From Toensbergia leucococca (lineage: Eukaryota): a stretch of DNA of 64,000 bases. The position numbers and the translations under genes were made by a program. Shown here one piece after another: positions 12,693 to 26,121 of this stretch (the stretch's first letter is position 1; each line of letters opens with the position of its first letter). Under the pieces are notes generated by a model that saw only the letters and a list, made by a program, of their open reading frames with translations, had not been told where the DNA came from and made no database searches. The stretch covers positions 372,001-436,000 of the forward strand of contig JALDZS010000002.1 in the NCBI GenBank assembly GCA_022813965.1, written 5' to 3'.

Positions 12693-13531
12693 TGTACAAA
12701 ACATATATTGTACCAGTATCTCCCTGCATGTCACGACACGGCGTCACATTTCGGTCCTGGGAAGGAGGTGGTTTCTGGACATCTGGACATATTCATGCGG
12801 TGTCAGTAAGCATTTGCATATTCTATGCGGGAGGTTCACTTGGTATTGCCTCCAGGCCGACTTTCATATCATCGAATGTTGCGGTTAAGAATTGAGCGAA
12901 TTGTATATTACGAACAGAGCTGGTTTCCCTTTCCCAGGCAGATTTTATTCCTTTCGAGGGTTTCCATGACTTGGAGTAAGGGGTACCCATTTGGATGCAA
13001 CTCACCCATGGGTCATCGAAGGATGCACCAATACAATTTCTATTCGTAATCGTAGAACTCATTAGTCTGGAGTCCTCTGCAAGCCACACCTTGCCTCGAG
13101 TGCCTCCGTAAGATATCTCAAAGCGATCAGGGCTACCTTGTCGTACCAACTGTTTCAGGATTGGTGGGATCCATCAATGTACCACTAAACTCAAACGGCC
13201 AAGACGGCCAACAGCGAATTTCTCCGCGACGAACAAGCTGACAAGTGACAACTTTCGTTTCGCGACTACCGTGGCTAGCAAATTCTGATAAAATTGCCTT
13301 ACTCAATTCACGCCCCGTTCTGTCCCGAATCCATCAATGTGGCAAATGCGCGTCATATGTGGTGGTTCTGCGGTAGTATCGTTGACTGATTGACAGTTGC
13401 CAGTCACGCCGTTACTTCTACCAGTCCAATCAATACCTGACCGTCGTTTCTATTGCTAGATGACGCCTCAGCGAGGGCGGAAGGGGGGGAAGGGCTTTTA
13501 AGGGCCCATACTGCCTGACCTCGCAGTGATA

Positions 13532-16500
13532 ATGGCGTCGGACCGCTCCACCCCTCGAAAACACTCTACCCCCCAGTCGATACCACTGCAGGATTTGTCA
13601 CGTCCCCCTGATCCATATAGTGATAGTGGTGATCGAGATAAGCATAGGAGGAGCGTCAGCGGGAGAGCTAGAGATGCACTTTTGGGCCAAAGACACTCGT
13701 TTAATGGGAGGGTGAATACCACTGGGAGATATGAACGAGTAGCTGAGGGCTCTCCGACGGCTCAGGACCGTAATCGCCTGGATCTGCCGCATATCACGAC
13801 TCCGAGAAACGCGCACCAGGCGCCATATCCGTATGAAGATGGAGAATTATCACCTGTGAATCTGGAGGACCAAGCAAACTTCCAAGCAGCAATGGGCTCT
13901 ATGGGCTTGAGCTTTGATCCGGCTGGACCTTCAACATTCTCTGACCCTCCAGCATTCTCTGACTCTACAGATATCTCAGGCCCTTCGAAGTCCCCAATGT
14001 CGATCGACCTCTCATCTTCCAAACGGCCACATCTAGATATCATTACAGAAGGTGATGGCATTTCGCCATTTGCACAACCTACCACTACAATGAGTAATGA
14101 AAGCGAAGGTTACTTCTCTCCTACGGACAATGATAGAACCCCTCTAGCTGATGAGAGATACCGAGAACCCATTAGCGGCGCACAAGCATCGACACCATCA
14201 AGCAATCGGCATAACAGACTCAGCGTCCATGGTGGCCGTCTCAATGAGAGGTCATCGCCAGGATCAAGACTTGGGGATGATCTACCGAACACAGAAGCAG
14301 GACTACGAGGATCAAATAGTCATCATGTGAGGAGAATGTCGTCTTACAGTACGAAATCAGCAACCCGATCTCTTTCAGTCTCTGGTACGGCCTCATCTTT
14401 GTCAAGAGCTGGGACAATGGTTAGAAAAATGTCTCAGCGTGTAGTTAACCTCAGCAATGAGCCAGAGGTTCTGGAGCAGAGCATTCGGCGACAGCCTTCT
14501 AGCAAGCACGCCAGGTTAGAGGGGCCGCCATCGTTCCCAGCTTTTGATGAGTACGCACATGATGAACCTATAGAACACACTTCGCCTATCGAGAAATCTT
14601 CAGTGGTGGTCCTTGACGACGAAGCGCGGACAGAATACCATCGGCTGCCGAGTCCACTCAAAGGCAAAAGCCTCTTGATATTCCCACCTGACAGTTGGAT
14701 TCGGCTATGGCTGTGCGAACTGCTTGTACATCCAATCACAGAACCTGTGGTTTTTGTGCTCATTGTCTTCCAAACAATACTGCTAGCTATTGAGTCAGCC
14801 CCTGTCATGGCTTACGGCCAAAGACCTAGAATGTGGGGCTCTTCCCCGATCGAGTATGTTCTATTGGCTTTATTTGCAGTCTACACTCTAGAAATCGGAG
14901 CAAAAGTCATAGTATCTGGCTTCATCAAAAATGCCGAAGAATACACAACAGTCGATAATGGCCTTGGTTTCAAAGATGCCCTCTTTGAAAAATGGCGGAA
15001 CCTTTTCACTCCACAGAGACAGCAGACAGGGAAGAAAAACATTAGTCCCACTGGGCCTGGACCCTCCATCTTGCGATCGTTCACCAGTATGCAGATGCAG
15101 GTTGATCAATCTGGCAACACACGCCAACAACAGCGTATTCGTCTAGCGCGGCGAGCTTTCCTTCGCCATTCATTCAATCGGCTTGACTTTTTGGCGGTCG
15201 TCTCGTTCTGGATCTCATTTGGACTCTCCCTCGCAGATATTGACTCGCGTCGTCATGTGTACATTTTCCAAATGTTGAGCTCTCTTCGAATCCTCAGACT
15301 CCTTAACCTTACCAGTGGCACTTCTGTACGTCTCATTCAGAGGTGTTCGTCTTGATAACAGACTGACATGATTTCAGGTCATCTTAAGAAGTTTAAAAAA
15401 AGCAGCCCCTCTCCTCGTAAATGTGGCCTTCTTAATTGGCTTTTTCTGGCTTCTTTTTGCCATCATTGGAGTCCAGATCTTCAAGAGATCTTTCCGGCGA
15501 ACGTGTGTATGGTTTGAGGATATCAATGAGATTCATAATCCAAATAATGTTAACTACACGCAAAATCTAGCACCCGAAAATGTTCAGTTCTGTGGTGGGT
15601 ACATTAACGCTACCACAGGGAGTGCATGGCCGTGGCTTACATCTGATTTGAAGAATGGGACATCCACGCATAAAGGATACCTCTGCCCGGCCAATTCTCT
15701 GTGCATAGCAGGAGAAAACCCCTACGGCGGTACTGTAAGTTTCGACAATGTACCCCAATCTCTCCAGCTTGTATTTGTGATCATGAGCTCCAATACATTC
15801 TCCGACCTCCTGTATTACACCACAGATAGCGACTACCTGGCTGCAGCTCTGTGTGAGTAAATTCGTTCTTGCTGCTCGAACCTCTTTTTAATCACGTACA
15901 GTTTTTTCATTCGGGATTGTCATAATGAGCCTCTGGCTCATGAATTTGGTAGGTCCGCCCTGTTCCGTGAGCAGGGAACTTGGCACTAAGCAGTCTAGCT
16001 GGTTGCTGTCATCACATCTTCTTTTCAGGTCATTCGCGAAGAGAGCAAGGCGAGTGCATTTACCGTGGATGACCAGTAAGTGTAAACGGGCAGAACTCAC
16101 TGTCTCTTTATACTGAATAATAAATTCAGGCCTCTCATTCTGGACGATGAGGAAAAGCCGAAAAAGGTTAGCCTTTTGAAGTGGGCATATGATCAAACTT
16201 ACTGGCTATGGATTGTCATCATTATATTCGATCTGGTCGTGCAGGGTCTCCGAAGCTCCAAGATGGGTCCATCCCGTCAAAGATTCATTGGTATGTGCAG
16301 GCTCCAGACTATGTCAGTAGATCAAAACACCTAACAGCTTCGACAGATAACACGGAAACCGTCGTGACGATAGTTCTAGTGATGGAGATTTTCCTACGAT
16401 TCGTCGTAGACTGGAGACATTTCCACATGAGCAGGCGTAACTGGGTCGACTTGAGCCTCGCCGTCATCACCGCTATCATACAAATCCCCGCAATCCGTCA

Positions 16501-19500
16501 ATTAGAGCAGCCTTATGCATGGTTGACCTTCTTCCAAATCGTTCGGATCTACCGTGTCGTCCTCGCCGTCTCTTTGACGCGCGACCTCATAGTAGGCCCT
16601 CGTATCAAGTTGTCTATGCAGAACCTCAACTAACTTCGCTTTCAGATGATTGTATTGGGCAATGTCACCGGTTTGCTTAATCTCATAGTCTTCGTGTTTC
16701 TGATTACATTCCTTGTTGCCATCTTCGCGGTTCAGATATTCCGAGGACAATTCCCTGCTGTAGATGCCAGCCAAAACACCGTCCACATAACGTTCACTGA
16801 TATCTATAATTCGTTCATTGGTATCTATCAAGTATTATCCAGTGAGAATTGGACGATCCTGATGTATAATGCCACTCAATACGACCTTCAGTGGAGTACG
16901 GCATGGATAGGGGCTACGTTCTTCATTCTTTGGTTCATCCTCGCCAACTTTATCGTCCTCAACATGTTTATTGCGGTCATTCAAGAGAATTTTGATGTCA
17001 CAGAAGACGAGAAGCGACTGCAGCAGGTGAAAGCTTTTCTAGTTCAGAAAGAACTAGGCGGTTCATCTCACGGTAACTTATCCCTTTCTGCCATCTTCAG
17101 GCTAGGTCGAGATACAGGACGACCGAAAGATCCTTTAGACTATGGCCCTGCGACAATGGAGATGCTTCTCAATGATGCCACCGTACGAGATTTTCTCGAT
17201 GAGCAGCTGGAACCACTTGATGAATCCCAGGCTGCTGGATCAACGACTAATGGGCGGCCTGCAGGTCTAGTCCAGCCAGGTGTTCTTTCGGCAATGTGGG
17301 GAAAGGTCTTTGGGATGGTCCAAAATCGAGAGCCAAATCCATTTTATTCGCGTATGGCATTTTCTCGAGCGTACGCAGAACTAGATCCACGCACAATGGC
17401 GAGACAAGTGGTTACGGCTACTGAACAGAGGAAACGTGCACAACGCCAGTATCTTTCTAAGCATCCTACTTATAACGTTTCGCTTTTCCTCTTCAGTCCA
17501 TCAAACCCCATCCGCAGATTGTGTCAGCGCATCGTTGGACCAGGCCGGGGAAACCAACGTTTCGAGGGTGTTGATCCTTTGAAGCCGGTCTGGTATTCTT
17601 TCTCGGCTTTCATTTATGCAGCCATAGTAGCTATGGTATTGCTAGCCTGCGTCACGACTCCGCTTTATCAGCGAGAATATTTTCATGCCCAGAGGCCCAA
17701 CGTCAGGAACTGGTTCATCTGGACCGACATGGGCTTTGCGATCGTGTTCACCATCGAAGCCATGATCAAGGTGATCGCCGACGGGTTCTTCTGGACACCG
17801 AATGCTTATTTCAGAGGTTCCTGGGGCTTTATCGATGGACTTGTCTTAGTGACCCTTTGGATCAATGTTGTGACATCCTTGAACTCAGATGGTGGTGTAT
17901 CGAGAGCCGTTGGGGCTTTCAAAGCATTGCGAGCATTGCGGTTGCTCAACGTGAGTAATAGCGCAAGAGATACTTTCCACTCCGTCATCGTCCTGGGTGG
18001 ATGGAAGGTGCTATCTGTGAGTAGAGCAAAATATATCTCCAATTTGATATACTGATCCCATCTCAGGCTGCATTCGTATCTCTTAGTCTCCTGATTCCCT
18101 TCGCTATCTACGGCCTCAATCTCTTCAACGGGCAGATGCAACAATGCAACGACCAGAATTCGTCAATAGCGAATCTCACCGACTGTGTTGGGGAGTATAT
18201 GAGTACACCCTACAACTGGGATGTCCTCGCGCCAAGGCAAGTTGCAAATCCATACTACAGCTTCGATGACTTTGGAAGTTCTCTCTTTATCCTCTTCCAG
18301 ATTGTGTCACAAGAAGGCTGGACAGATGTGATGTGGACTGCAATGGGAGCAAGTGGTCGAGGTCAGCAGCTTCAGCCCTACGCCTCTCAAGGCAATGCCT
18401 TGTTCTTCATTGTTTTCAACTTGCTTGGAGCTGTCTTCGTCCTTACTTTGTTCGTGTCCGTGTTTATGCGGAATTATACCGAGCAAACGGGCGTAGCATA
18501 TCTGACTGCAGAGCAACGATCATGGCTTGAACTACGAAAGCTACTTCGGCAGATTTCACCATCCAAAAGACCTTCAAATAGATCAAACCAGCGATGGAGA
18601 GCATGGTGTTACAGGATCGCGGTAAAGAAGCATGGAAAATGGCAGAGATTCATGACGACTATACTTGTCCTGCACCTGATATTGCTCGTCATGGAATTCT
18701 ACCCCGAGTATCCTGTATGGGAACATCTTAGAGGTAGGTCGTCCTCAGCCAGGCACATGTCCAGTATGTCTCAATCTGATTGAAATAGATTTTATTTTCC
18801 TCGCCTTTACACTTGTCTATATTGCTAATATCGGCATTCGTGTTTTCGGACTCACTTGGAAACGATTTCGAAAGAGCTCTTGGGACCTCTATTCGATAGC
18901 CTCTGTCGCCGGCACGCTCGTTACTTCTCTGCTCGCTCTTTCAGATTACGGTCATTCAAACTACGGCCAGCTTCACAAGTTGTTCTTGGTGTCCATCGCG
19001 TTACTCCTCATTCCCCGCAATAATCAGTTGGATCAACTTTTCAAAACGGCAGCCGCCAGTCTAACAGTCATTGGAAATCTGCTCGCCACATGGTGTGTCT
19101 TGTTTCTTGTTTTTGCCATTGCTCTTACGCAAACCTTTGGCCTAACCCGATTTGGGCCTAACGAGAACGGGAATCTGAATTTTCGCAATGTTCCCAAAGC
19201 TCTCATCTTGCTTTTCAGGATGAGTTGTGGTGAAGGGTGGAACCAGATCATGGAGGACTTTGCTACCATCAATTATCCCAATTGCGTTGTCAGCCATGAC
19301 TTTTACGAAAGCGATTGCGGAAGCTCAACATGGGCGCGGGCTTTGTTTATCTCCTGGAACATTCTGAGCATGTACATTTTCGTCAGCATGTTTGTTTCGC
19401 TCATCTTTGAGAGCTTCTCGTACGTCTATCAGAGGAGCAGTGGATTGTCAGCCATCAGCCGGGAAGAGATCAGGAGATTCAAACAGGCATGGGCAACCTT

Positions 19501-20464
19501 CGACCCCGAGGGCTCTGGGTATATTTCTAAAGAAGCCTTTCCCAGATTACTTGGTGAACTCTCGGGAGCTTTCGAAATGCGGATCTATGACGGCGAGCAC
19601 TCGGTATATCGGATACTTGAGGATTGCACAGTGGACACGCGAGGAAGTGATGTACCGGCGGGGGTGGTGCATGGCATCGATCTGGCCAGGCTGAACAAAC
19701 GGCTCGGCACCATCGACGTACATGAGATTCGGCGGCGAAGAGCGCGATTGGATCTCTTCAGCCAGGAAGTCCTTGTCTCGGCGGACGCGGACCGTGGCAT
19801 CAATTTCACGACATGCCTCATGATCCTCGCGCATTACAACGTGATCAGCGACAACAAGAGCTTGAAACTCGAAGAGTTCCTTCGGCGTCGTGCACGACTC
19901 CAATTGGTTGAAGAGGAAGTTCGACGGCGAGTGGTCATTGGCTTTTTCGACACCATGTTCTGGTCTCGGCGATTCCGGCACCGCCTTGACCTTCGCCATT
20001 CTGCTCATATGATGACAGTTCCCCAATTTGCTGTTCCGGAGATCTTTGTCGATGACCAAGATGCTACAACACCATTCCCGTCGGATCAGAGTGTCTCACC
20101 CACCAAGAACCCTTTCGGGCGAAGCTCGGACATGCAGAGCCTTCCACGACTCGACACAGGATTACGGCATCGTGGCGATTCTACTGGGGCATCACCTTCA
20201 CGATCCGATGGCAGCTACAGCGTCAGCCCACATGTATCGCGCAGACCTTCTCTCTCAGAAGGGTACGATCCGTGGGGCCTTGACGGGACATTGGAGGCCG
20301 CCGATGTGCAAAATGGCGGAAGAAGTCGGCAGAACAGTTCTGTCGACCGGCAAAATGTGCTGGATGTATTCGACAACTCGGCGTGGGGCGAGAGTATCCG
20401 CAGGAGCTTTACTACGAGACGGCCTGGGACTCGTGGCAGAGGCGCAGGGCATGAGCAACGATGA
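13532..20464 (+). CDS. CCH1: High-affinity calcium channel subunit Cch1
   Basis: Multi-exon gene of roughly 2,100 aa; four channel repeats with S4 segments (LRILRLL, VRIYRVV, FKALRALRLL) and pore loops SSNTFSD, SSENWT, SQEGWT, CGEGWN; EF-hand-like FDPEGSGYIS. Confidence 0.96.
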
Positions 20465-22112
20465 GTTTGCGAGACGGCGACGATGGCAGCCGAGAAGCTG
20501 ACGAAGAGTACGATATTTCTACGATTATATTGTTGGAGCGGGCTTGGGGAATGTGTAGGATTAGCTTAGGTATCGATAGACTTTGCTTGAAGTTGGGTTG
20601 GGCCGGTGGCCGGGAGGCTGGGGAGGGGAAGGGGGATGGTTGGCGTTGGCGTGGGGTCGATTGTCTCTCGATACTCGATAGCGGATGCAGGGCCGGGCGG
20701 TGTTATCTTATAGGAGCAACGAGGGTTTTGGTTAGCAGATACTGTGGACGGGTGGGCTATTTGCTTTTTGCTTTTTGCTTTTTGCTTTTCTTCCATGATT
20801 TACCAAAGACGCGGCGCATGAGGCAAAGATGGGCGGGAGGGATTTCCCCAACGGCATGGGCGATTGGCGTTGCTTGGGGGGTCGTTTCGTCTACGTAAAT
20901 GTATAATTTGATTAGGTAGTCGGTAGGTATCTTTGTACAAGTGGTGAGGCACGAATCAAGATTTAATTAAAAGAATTCCGAATGTGAAGCGCTAACGATG
21001 AATGGAGGCTTCTTTGGAGTAACGATTGCGACGTGTGCAATGCCAGGCCTGATAAATGGCACTCGTGGCCAGAGCCAGCTAATCACGCGTTTTCAATCAC
21101 TATTCTACCTATCACTATCAGGAAACTAATACGAATCATCATCCAACGCGCCCATCCTTCATCCTTGGCAATTAGAGCACTCCTATTCTCCTTGCGGCGA
21201 AACACAGCCGCGTGTGACACATGAACCGACTCCGCCTTGGTAAATTGCTATCAGGTTGGCCACTTAGGGGGTGACGCGGGTAAGATGGCCCATTGTTGCG
21301 CCTATCTTGTTGGCCGGGGATGGAGGGGGGAGGCTTGTTAGAGATGTTAGAGATGTTGGAAACGGGGCTTCGGTCGTGTCGCTCCTCGATGAGCCACATG
21401 CGCAATCATTTCTTACTTCTTGCGCCTGTGCTACCTCGTGTGTCTAGGAGAAACTTTTTTCAACCTCTTTTTTTGCTCTCTCTTGAATCCCCAATTCACT
21501 TTTTCGTGTTCTAGCTCGTATGAGCGAGTGATCTTGTTGTTGGGGCTCGCAGTCAAATCCAACCTCCCCTCCCCTACCACTCTTACACTTTCATCAATTG
21601 GGAAACGTGTCCCCCAAAAAAAAGCACAAGCACACGTGTAATATCCAGCGTCCATTTTCTGGTTTTTTTTTTCCCCTTTTTTTTTTTAAAAACGATTACC
21701 CTGGCCAATCCAAACATACGTAAGGAGGGGGGGGGAAGAAAACGGGGTTGATAATTTCCGAAAGGAGAAGAATCTTGCATTCCACACCCCCAACGACCTG
21801 GCCAACGGGGGAGGGGGGAAAGCGATCGCTTGAGCAACGCTACCCAACGCCAACGCTTTACCTACCTCTCTCCACTTTTCCTCGATAGATAATCCTCGAA
21901 CTTTACGTCCTTTCTCTCCATCAAAAGAGATTCTTCCCCCCCCACCTTCCACGATCCCGAACCCACTTCAAAATAAGAATACGAAAAGAGACTAGGCTGG
22001 TTCCTACTCCCTCGTTCCAAAACACCACTCCTCCTAATACCTCAATCTCAACCTCACATCCATCCCAACCCCCTACGAAACGAACGAAAAACCCCCCAAA
22101 ACCCCCCCCCTT

Positions 22113-22149
22113 TAAGAAAAAGAAGAAGAAGAAGAAGAAGAAGAAGAAA
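22113..22149 (+). repeat. (GAA)n microsatellite
   Basis: About 9-10 GAA units immediately before ACAATG at 22152. Confidence 0.9.
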
Positions 22150-22151
22150 CA

Positions 22152-22607
22152 ATGTCCTCACCCCACAACCACACCCACACCCACACCCGCCACCCCTCCC
22201 TCTCCTCCTCCCACTCCTCCACAACCACAACCACAACAACAACCTCAACAACAAAAACCCCCATCCCCTCCCTCCTCTCCTCCGCCTCCTCAACCCACAC
22301 CCTCCCCCCCACCCAAAAACCAATCCACAGCATCCCCCCACCCCACCTCCTCAACCCCACCCCCAACAGCAGCACCTCCCTCACCAAAGGAAGGGCCTTC
22401 ATCAGACGACGAGAAAGGTTCTTCGGGGCCACGACAACAACAACACGCTTTGCAGCAGCAGCTGAAGAAGAGGGCGGGAGGGACAGGGGCGAGTGGGAGG
22501 ATGATGAGAGGGCGAGGGTTGTTTTGGAGCCTAGGGCGGCGATTGGATTGGTGGAGTTGAGGTGGGGGATTGGGGAGGTTTTGGAGGGGTGTTGGGGGGG
22601 GTTTTGA
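22152..22607 (+). CDS. Small Ser/Thr/His-rich hypothetical protein (151 aa)
   Basis: Strong start context (aaacaATG); low-complexity N-terminus and a non-repetitive C-terminus (VLEPRAAIGLVELRWGIGEVLEG); best ATG-started ORF candidate in a 3.4-kb gap. Confidence 0.45.
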   Translation: MSSPHNHTHTHTRHPSLSSSHSSTTTTTTTTSTTKTPIPSLLSSASSTHTLPPTQKPIHSIPPPHLLNPTPNSSTSLTKGRAFIRRRERFFGATTTTTRFAAAAEEEGGRDRGEWEDDERARVVLEPRAAIGLVELRWGIGEVLEGCWGGF

Positions 22608-23834
22608 GGGCTTGGGGATTGGGATGGGGAAACGGAAGGGATGGGGGGATAGAGGGTTAGATGCTTTGTTAGGGTGGAGAGGTGGCGGGTGATGGTGTTG
22701 GTGGTTTTGGGGGGTTTGAAAAAGAGATCGAAAGTACTCATTCGGGGCCCCCCCGTTTTCTTGGGGTGGAGGTGTTTTGGAGTCTGGGCTTTCCGTGAGC
22801 CTTTGGGTGCTGAGGGTGGGGATAGATTGAGAGGGTTGGGGGAAATGGGATGGGTGTCCTGGGCGTTTTGTTTCCTCGTCGGCTTGAGAGGAGGAGGGGA
22901 TGGGGATAGTTGCACAGTCGCCTCCCCCGTGGCTTTTTAACACCGACTTCATACGAGCAGAATCACGGATTTTGCAAAGCAATACAGTCAATTGATTTTC
23001 GTGAAGCAAGCACCGCAATCAATTTAGTTTTCGTGAAAGAGATTTGGTGAGGCTACGTTATCTAGAACTAGGCCAGATCACACTTGCCCCCCCCCCTCCT
23101 CCAACCTCCTGACCAGAAAAGTTCCGCACTCGCTTGAAACACCTGGAAAACTGGAAAAATGGAAAAACAAAACTCCTTGTGATGACTGTCGAACGGGAAA
23201 AAAAAATTGGGGATGTGTGTGGGTCTCCAGGGAGGTCGTAATGGAGATTTTGCACAAAAGGCTGATGCTCGATTGTACGGGGTTGGAGTAGTGCATGGCA
23301 TACTGCTTGCTGGGGCTGGGGGTATCTATCATGAAACAATCGAACCGCTTTCATCGAAAATTGTAAAAGAAAAATAAAAGAACTTGGATGAGGGTGATAT
23401 ACTGTTTGGGTGGATGGAAGACGTGTTGATTTGGTTATCGTGGGAAATATGGCTCGCTTTTGTGTGTGGAGCTGGGCACTGCCGATTGTCTTGCTGAGGA
23501 CCAAAAACTGAGAATGGAAGATGGGGTTTTGTATGGATCCCGTGAGAAGCTGTATGCCGTGATTTGGAAAATTGAGAGGACGGTTCATGCTGAGGTGGTC
23601 AATTATCGTGTGCCTTTGATGAAGGGGAAATATGGATGGATTCGTCTTCGGGTGTAAGAAAAGGGCGGGTGTGCAAGTGATGATATCGAGAGGAATTGAC
23701 CGGTAGTTGATGTAGGAGAGTTATCAGAGCTTCGTAAGTCCGGAGATGGAAGGATGTTGCAACTGAAGGGGAAGTTAGAGTTTCTGGGGAGAGTTTGATA
23801 GGGTAGGTAGGGAACGAACCGTTTGAAATGTGGA

Positions 23835-25599
23835 CTATGTCCAGAGATATTTGCGACAATTCGCCTCTCCACACAGACACCTTATCGGTGCATTTCCCGT
23901 CTCCGCCTCACGTTCCCTCGCCTCCTCGTCCGTCATGGGAGGTTCCTCTTCGTTGTCGAGGTAGTTGAAGGTCAACTCGGTCCCGGCGGGAATGTCTTCC
24001 AGGGCAAAAAAAGGTAGCTCGTAGATTTTCAGATCGCCTTGCTGAATGAGAGCGGTGTACTGGCGACAATTGGGGTTGCAGCTGTGGTTCATGAACCGCG
24101 TGGGCCCGCCCATATGCTCCCCGTCCACCACGTACAAGTCATCATTTCCGATATCCTCGGCGAATTTGTCCAGAGTAAACAGGTAATTATCCTTTCCTCG
24201 CGCAGCGGACTCTTCACGTCGATCGGCTTCAGTGCTGGTGATCACCTCTCCCCGGTATGTGTCGATAAATTGGCCTTTCTGGAGGTCAACAAGGGCTCTG
24301 AGGCCTGTTTGCGTGGATCAGCTGTTGTTGCGAAGGATGGGAAGATGTGGTGATGCTTACCCCATCCACGAGTCAATGTTTTGAAAATCTCCAGGGCGAC
24401 TTGACGGCCTTTTTGCACAACCTTGGTTTTACAGTTATCCCCACAAGTGCATTTAGGATTACACTCCATGATAGCGTAGCGAGAATTTAGGTAAAAGGCC
24501 CTGAGGCAGCCTTTATTATCCCCCTGTGCGAAGTACGGAAACATCTTGCGCTGAATGATCGTATTTATTGCTGCAAGTTGGAGGCAGCCACATATGGTGT
24601 ACTCGCAACCCATATGACGGCCGTTGTTTTCCAAACAATCGCAATATGGATGTGCATCTTTGTCAACAGGCTGGACTCCTATGCCTATGTGATGCTGAGT
24701 AATGAAGATAAACATCGACGGTGGCGACGTGTTGTCAATATTATTATAAATACGTAGAATCGGGGTAATATTCTCAATCTTCTTGATCCACCTCTCCCAT
24801 TCTGTACGAGATGTTAGGTGGTCATAGCTCTATCAAAGCGAGAAGGCACGAAGATTGCATACCTCTTATCTCTGCTGGTGTAGGGTCTGAAGCCGCCGAA
24901 GCAGCAGAGGCTCGAGTCCGCTTTTTTGGTCTGGTAGGAAGACTTGGTAGCGCAACACTACTAGACTCTCCAACATCTCCATCTTCATCTTCATCTATGT
25001 CTCAAAGTCAGTAAATCGGATCAACAAACAAAAACAATCTTCGTTCTTCATGCGTGATCGCTACATTTTCTTCGAAATTTTTAGACCAATGACAATCGTT
25101 CGCTCAAGAAAGGGTTAAGAAAGTTAAGCGAAAATCCAAAAAGGTCTCAAGATTTGGAAAAAGTTCGCCATTTGATTATTTAAAGAATAATTCGAAAAAA
25201 TCGAGAATTTGACATTTTGTGACCGAACATACCAATCTCTAGCTCTTCAGTGGTACGTTTTCTATTTCGACTTGAGACAGGTTCTGGTGTGGTTTCCGGC
25301 GGCGTGGGCGTAGTTAGATCCACAATATTGGAACGCTTTCGGGGAGGTGCCGGGGCTGAGCTTCTGTAGACACTTGTTAGCAACACTATCTACTTAGTCA
25401 ATTACAATCATGGTGCTTTACCGTATATTTCCTCGGGTTGGCTTGAGACGTAGTACTGCTAATGTTCAATTTAGTACTTAGGCTTAAGAGAGACTTTTTG
25501 AATCATTCACAAACCGTTTTTGCCTTGCTGTTAATTGCAGATTGATTAGTAAGTGTCAGTATTGTATATATGAACAATGTATCATACCTGTTGAGACAT
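23835..25599 (-). CDS. dim-5: Histone H3K9 methyltransferase, DIM-5/Clr4 family (pre-SET, SET, post-SET; no chromodomain seen)
   Basis: Nine-Cys pre-SET (CDC..C..C.C ... ECNPKCTCGDNC), RGWG|LR, TRFMNHSCNPN, ELTFNY, post-SET CLCGEANCRKYLW; seven exons join in frame from ATG at 25599. Confidence 0.92.
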
Positions 25600-26121
25600 C
25601 TTTACTATCTTTAGTATCAGTATACTACTGTAGTCTTTGCAACACTGCTGTGTAAGCAAGATGTACTATGTAAGTGAGATGTAAAGATAAGAAAATGTGG
25701 TGTGTAACCTTACCTATATAATGAATGAACTTGCTTACAGTGAATGCTGATACTGATACACTAAGCATTCACTATGCAACTCTAATTCACATATCAAATA
25801 ATCACGCCATCCTGTACACAAACTATGTATGAATCTCTGATATGCTCTAGAGCTGAATACTACAGCCAGCCCATCAGTTTGATATGCCTGAGGGCTTCTC
25901 AATAGCCCCTGGACTACGTTCCTACCCGGAGAGCCCTCTTAAACGCCCTAAACGCGGCTAACAACGGGACCTAAGCCTTACCCGCCGAGTCTAAATCTAC
26001 GACAACGCGGCCATAAAGGATAATCCAGCTCCGGGGGGTTGCAGGGCAGCTTCTGTGAATAAACGGTTAGAAATTCTTAGATTCGCATCGAGTGGTACGA
26101 CTCAACGTTGGATCCACAATC

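Noticed and set aside
15780..19245. Cch1 pore residues N-E-E-E rather than EEEE
   Set aside because: A non-acidic residue in the first pore loop is the usual fungal Cch1 pattern, not a novelty.
20461..20898. 145-aa ORF overlapping the CCH1 stop (ATGA)
   Set aside because: G/T-rich 3' UTR-like composition and no domain features; ATGA coupling carries little meaning in a eukaryote.
22112..23018. Long minus-strand ORFs (267 aa and 242 aa)
   Set aside because: By-products of stop-poor low-complexity sequence; no recognisable motifs.
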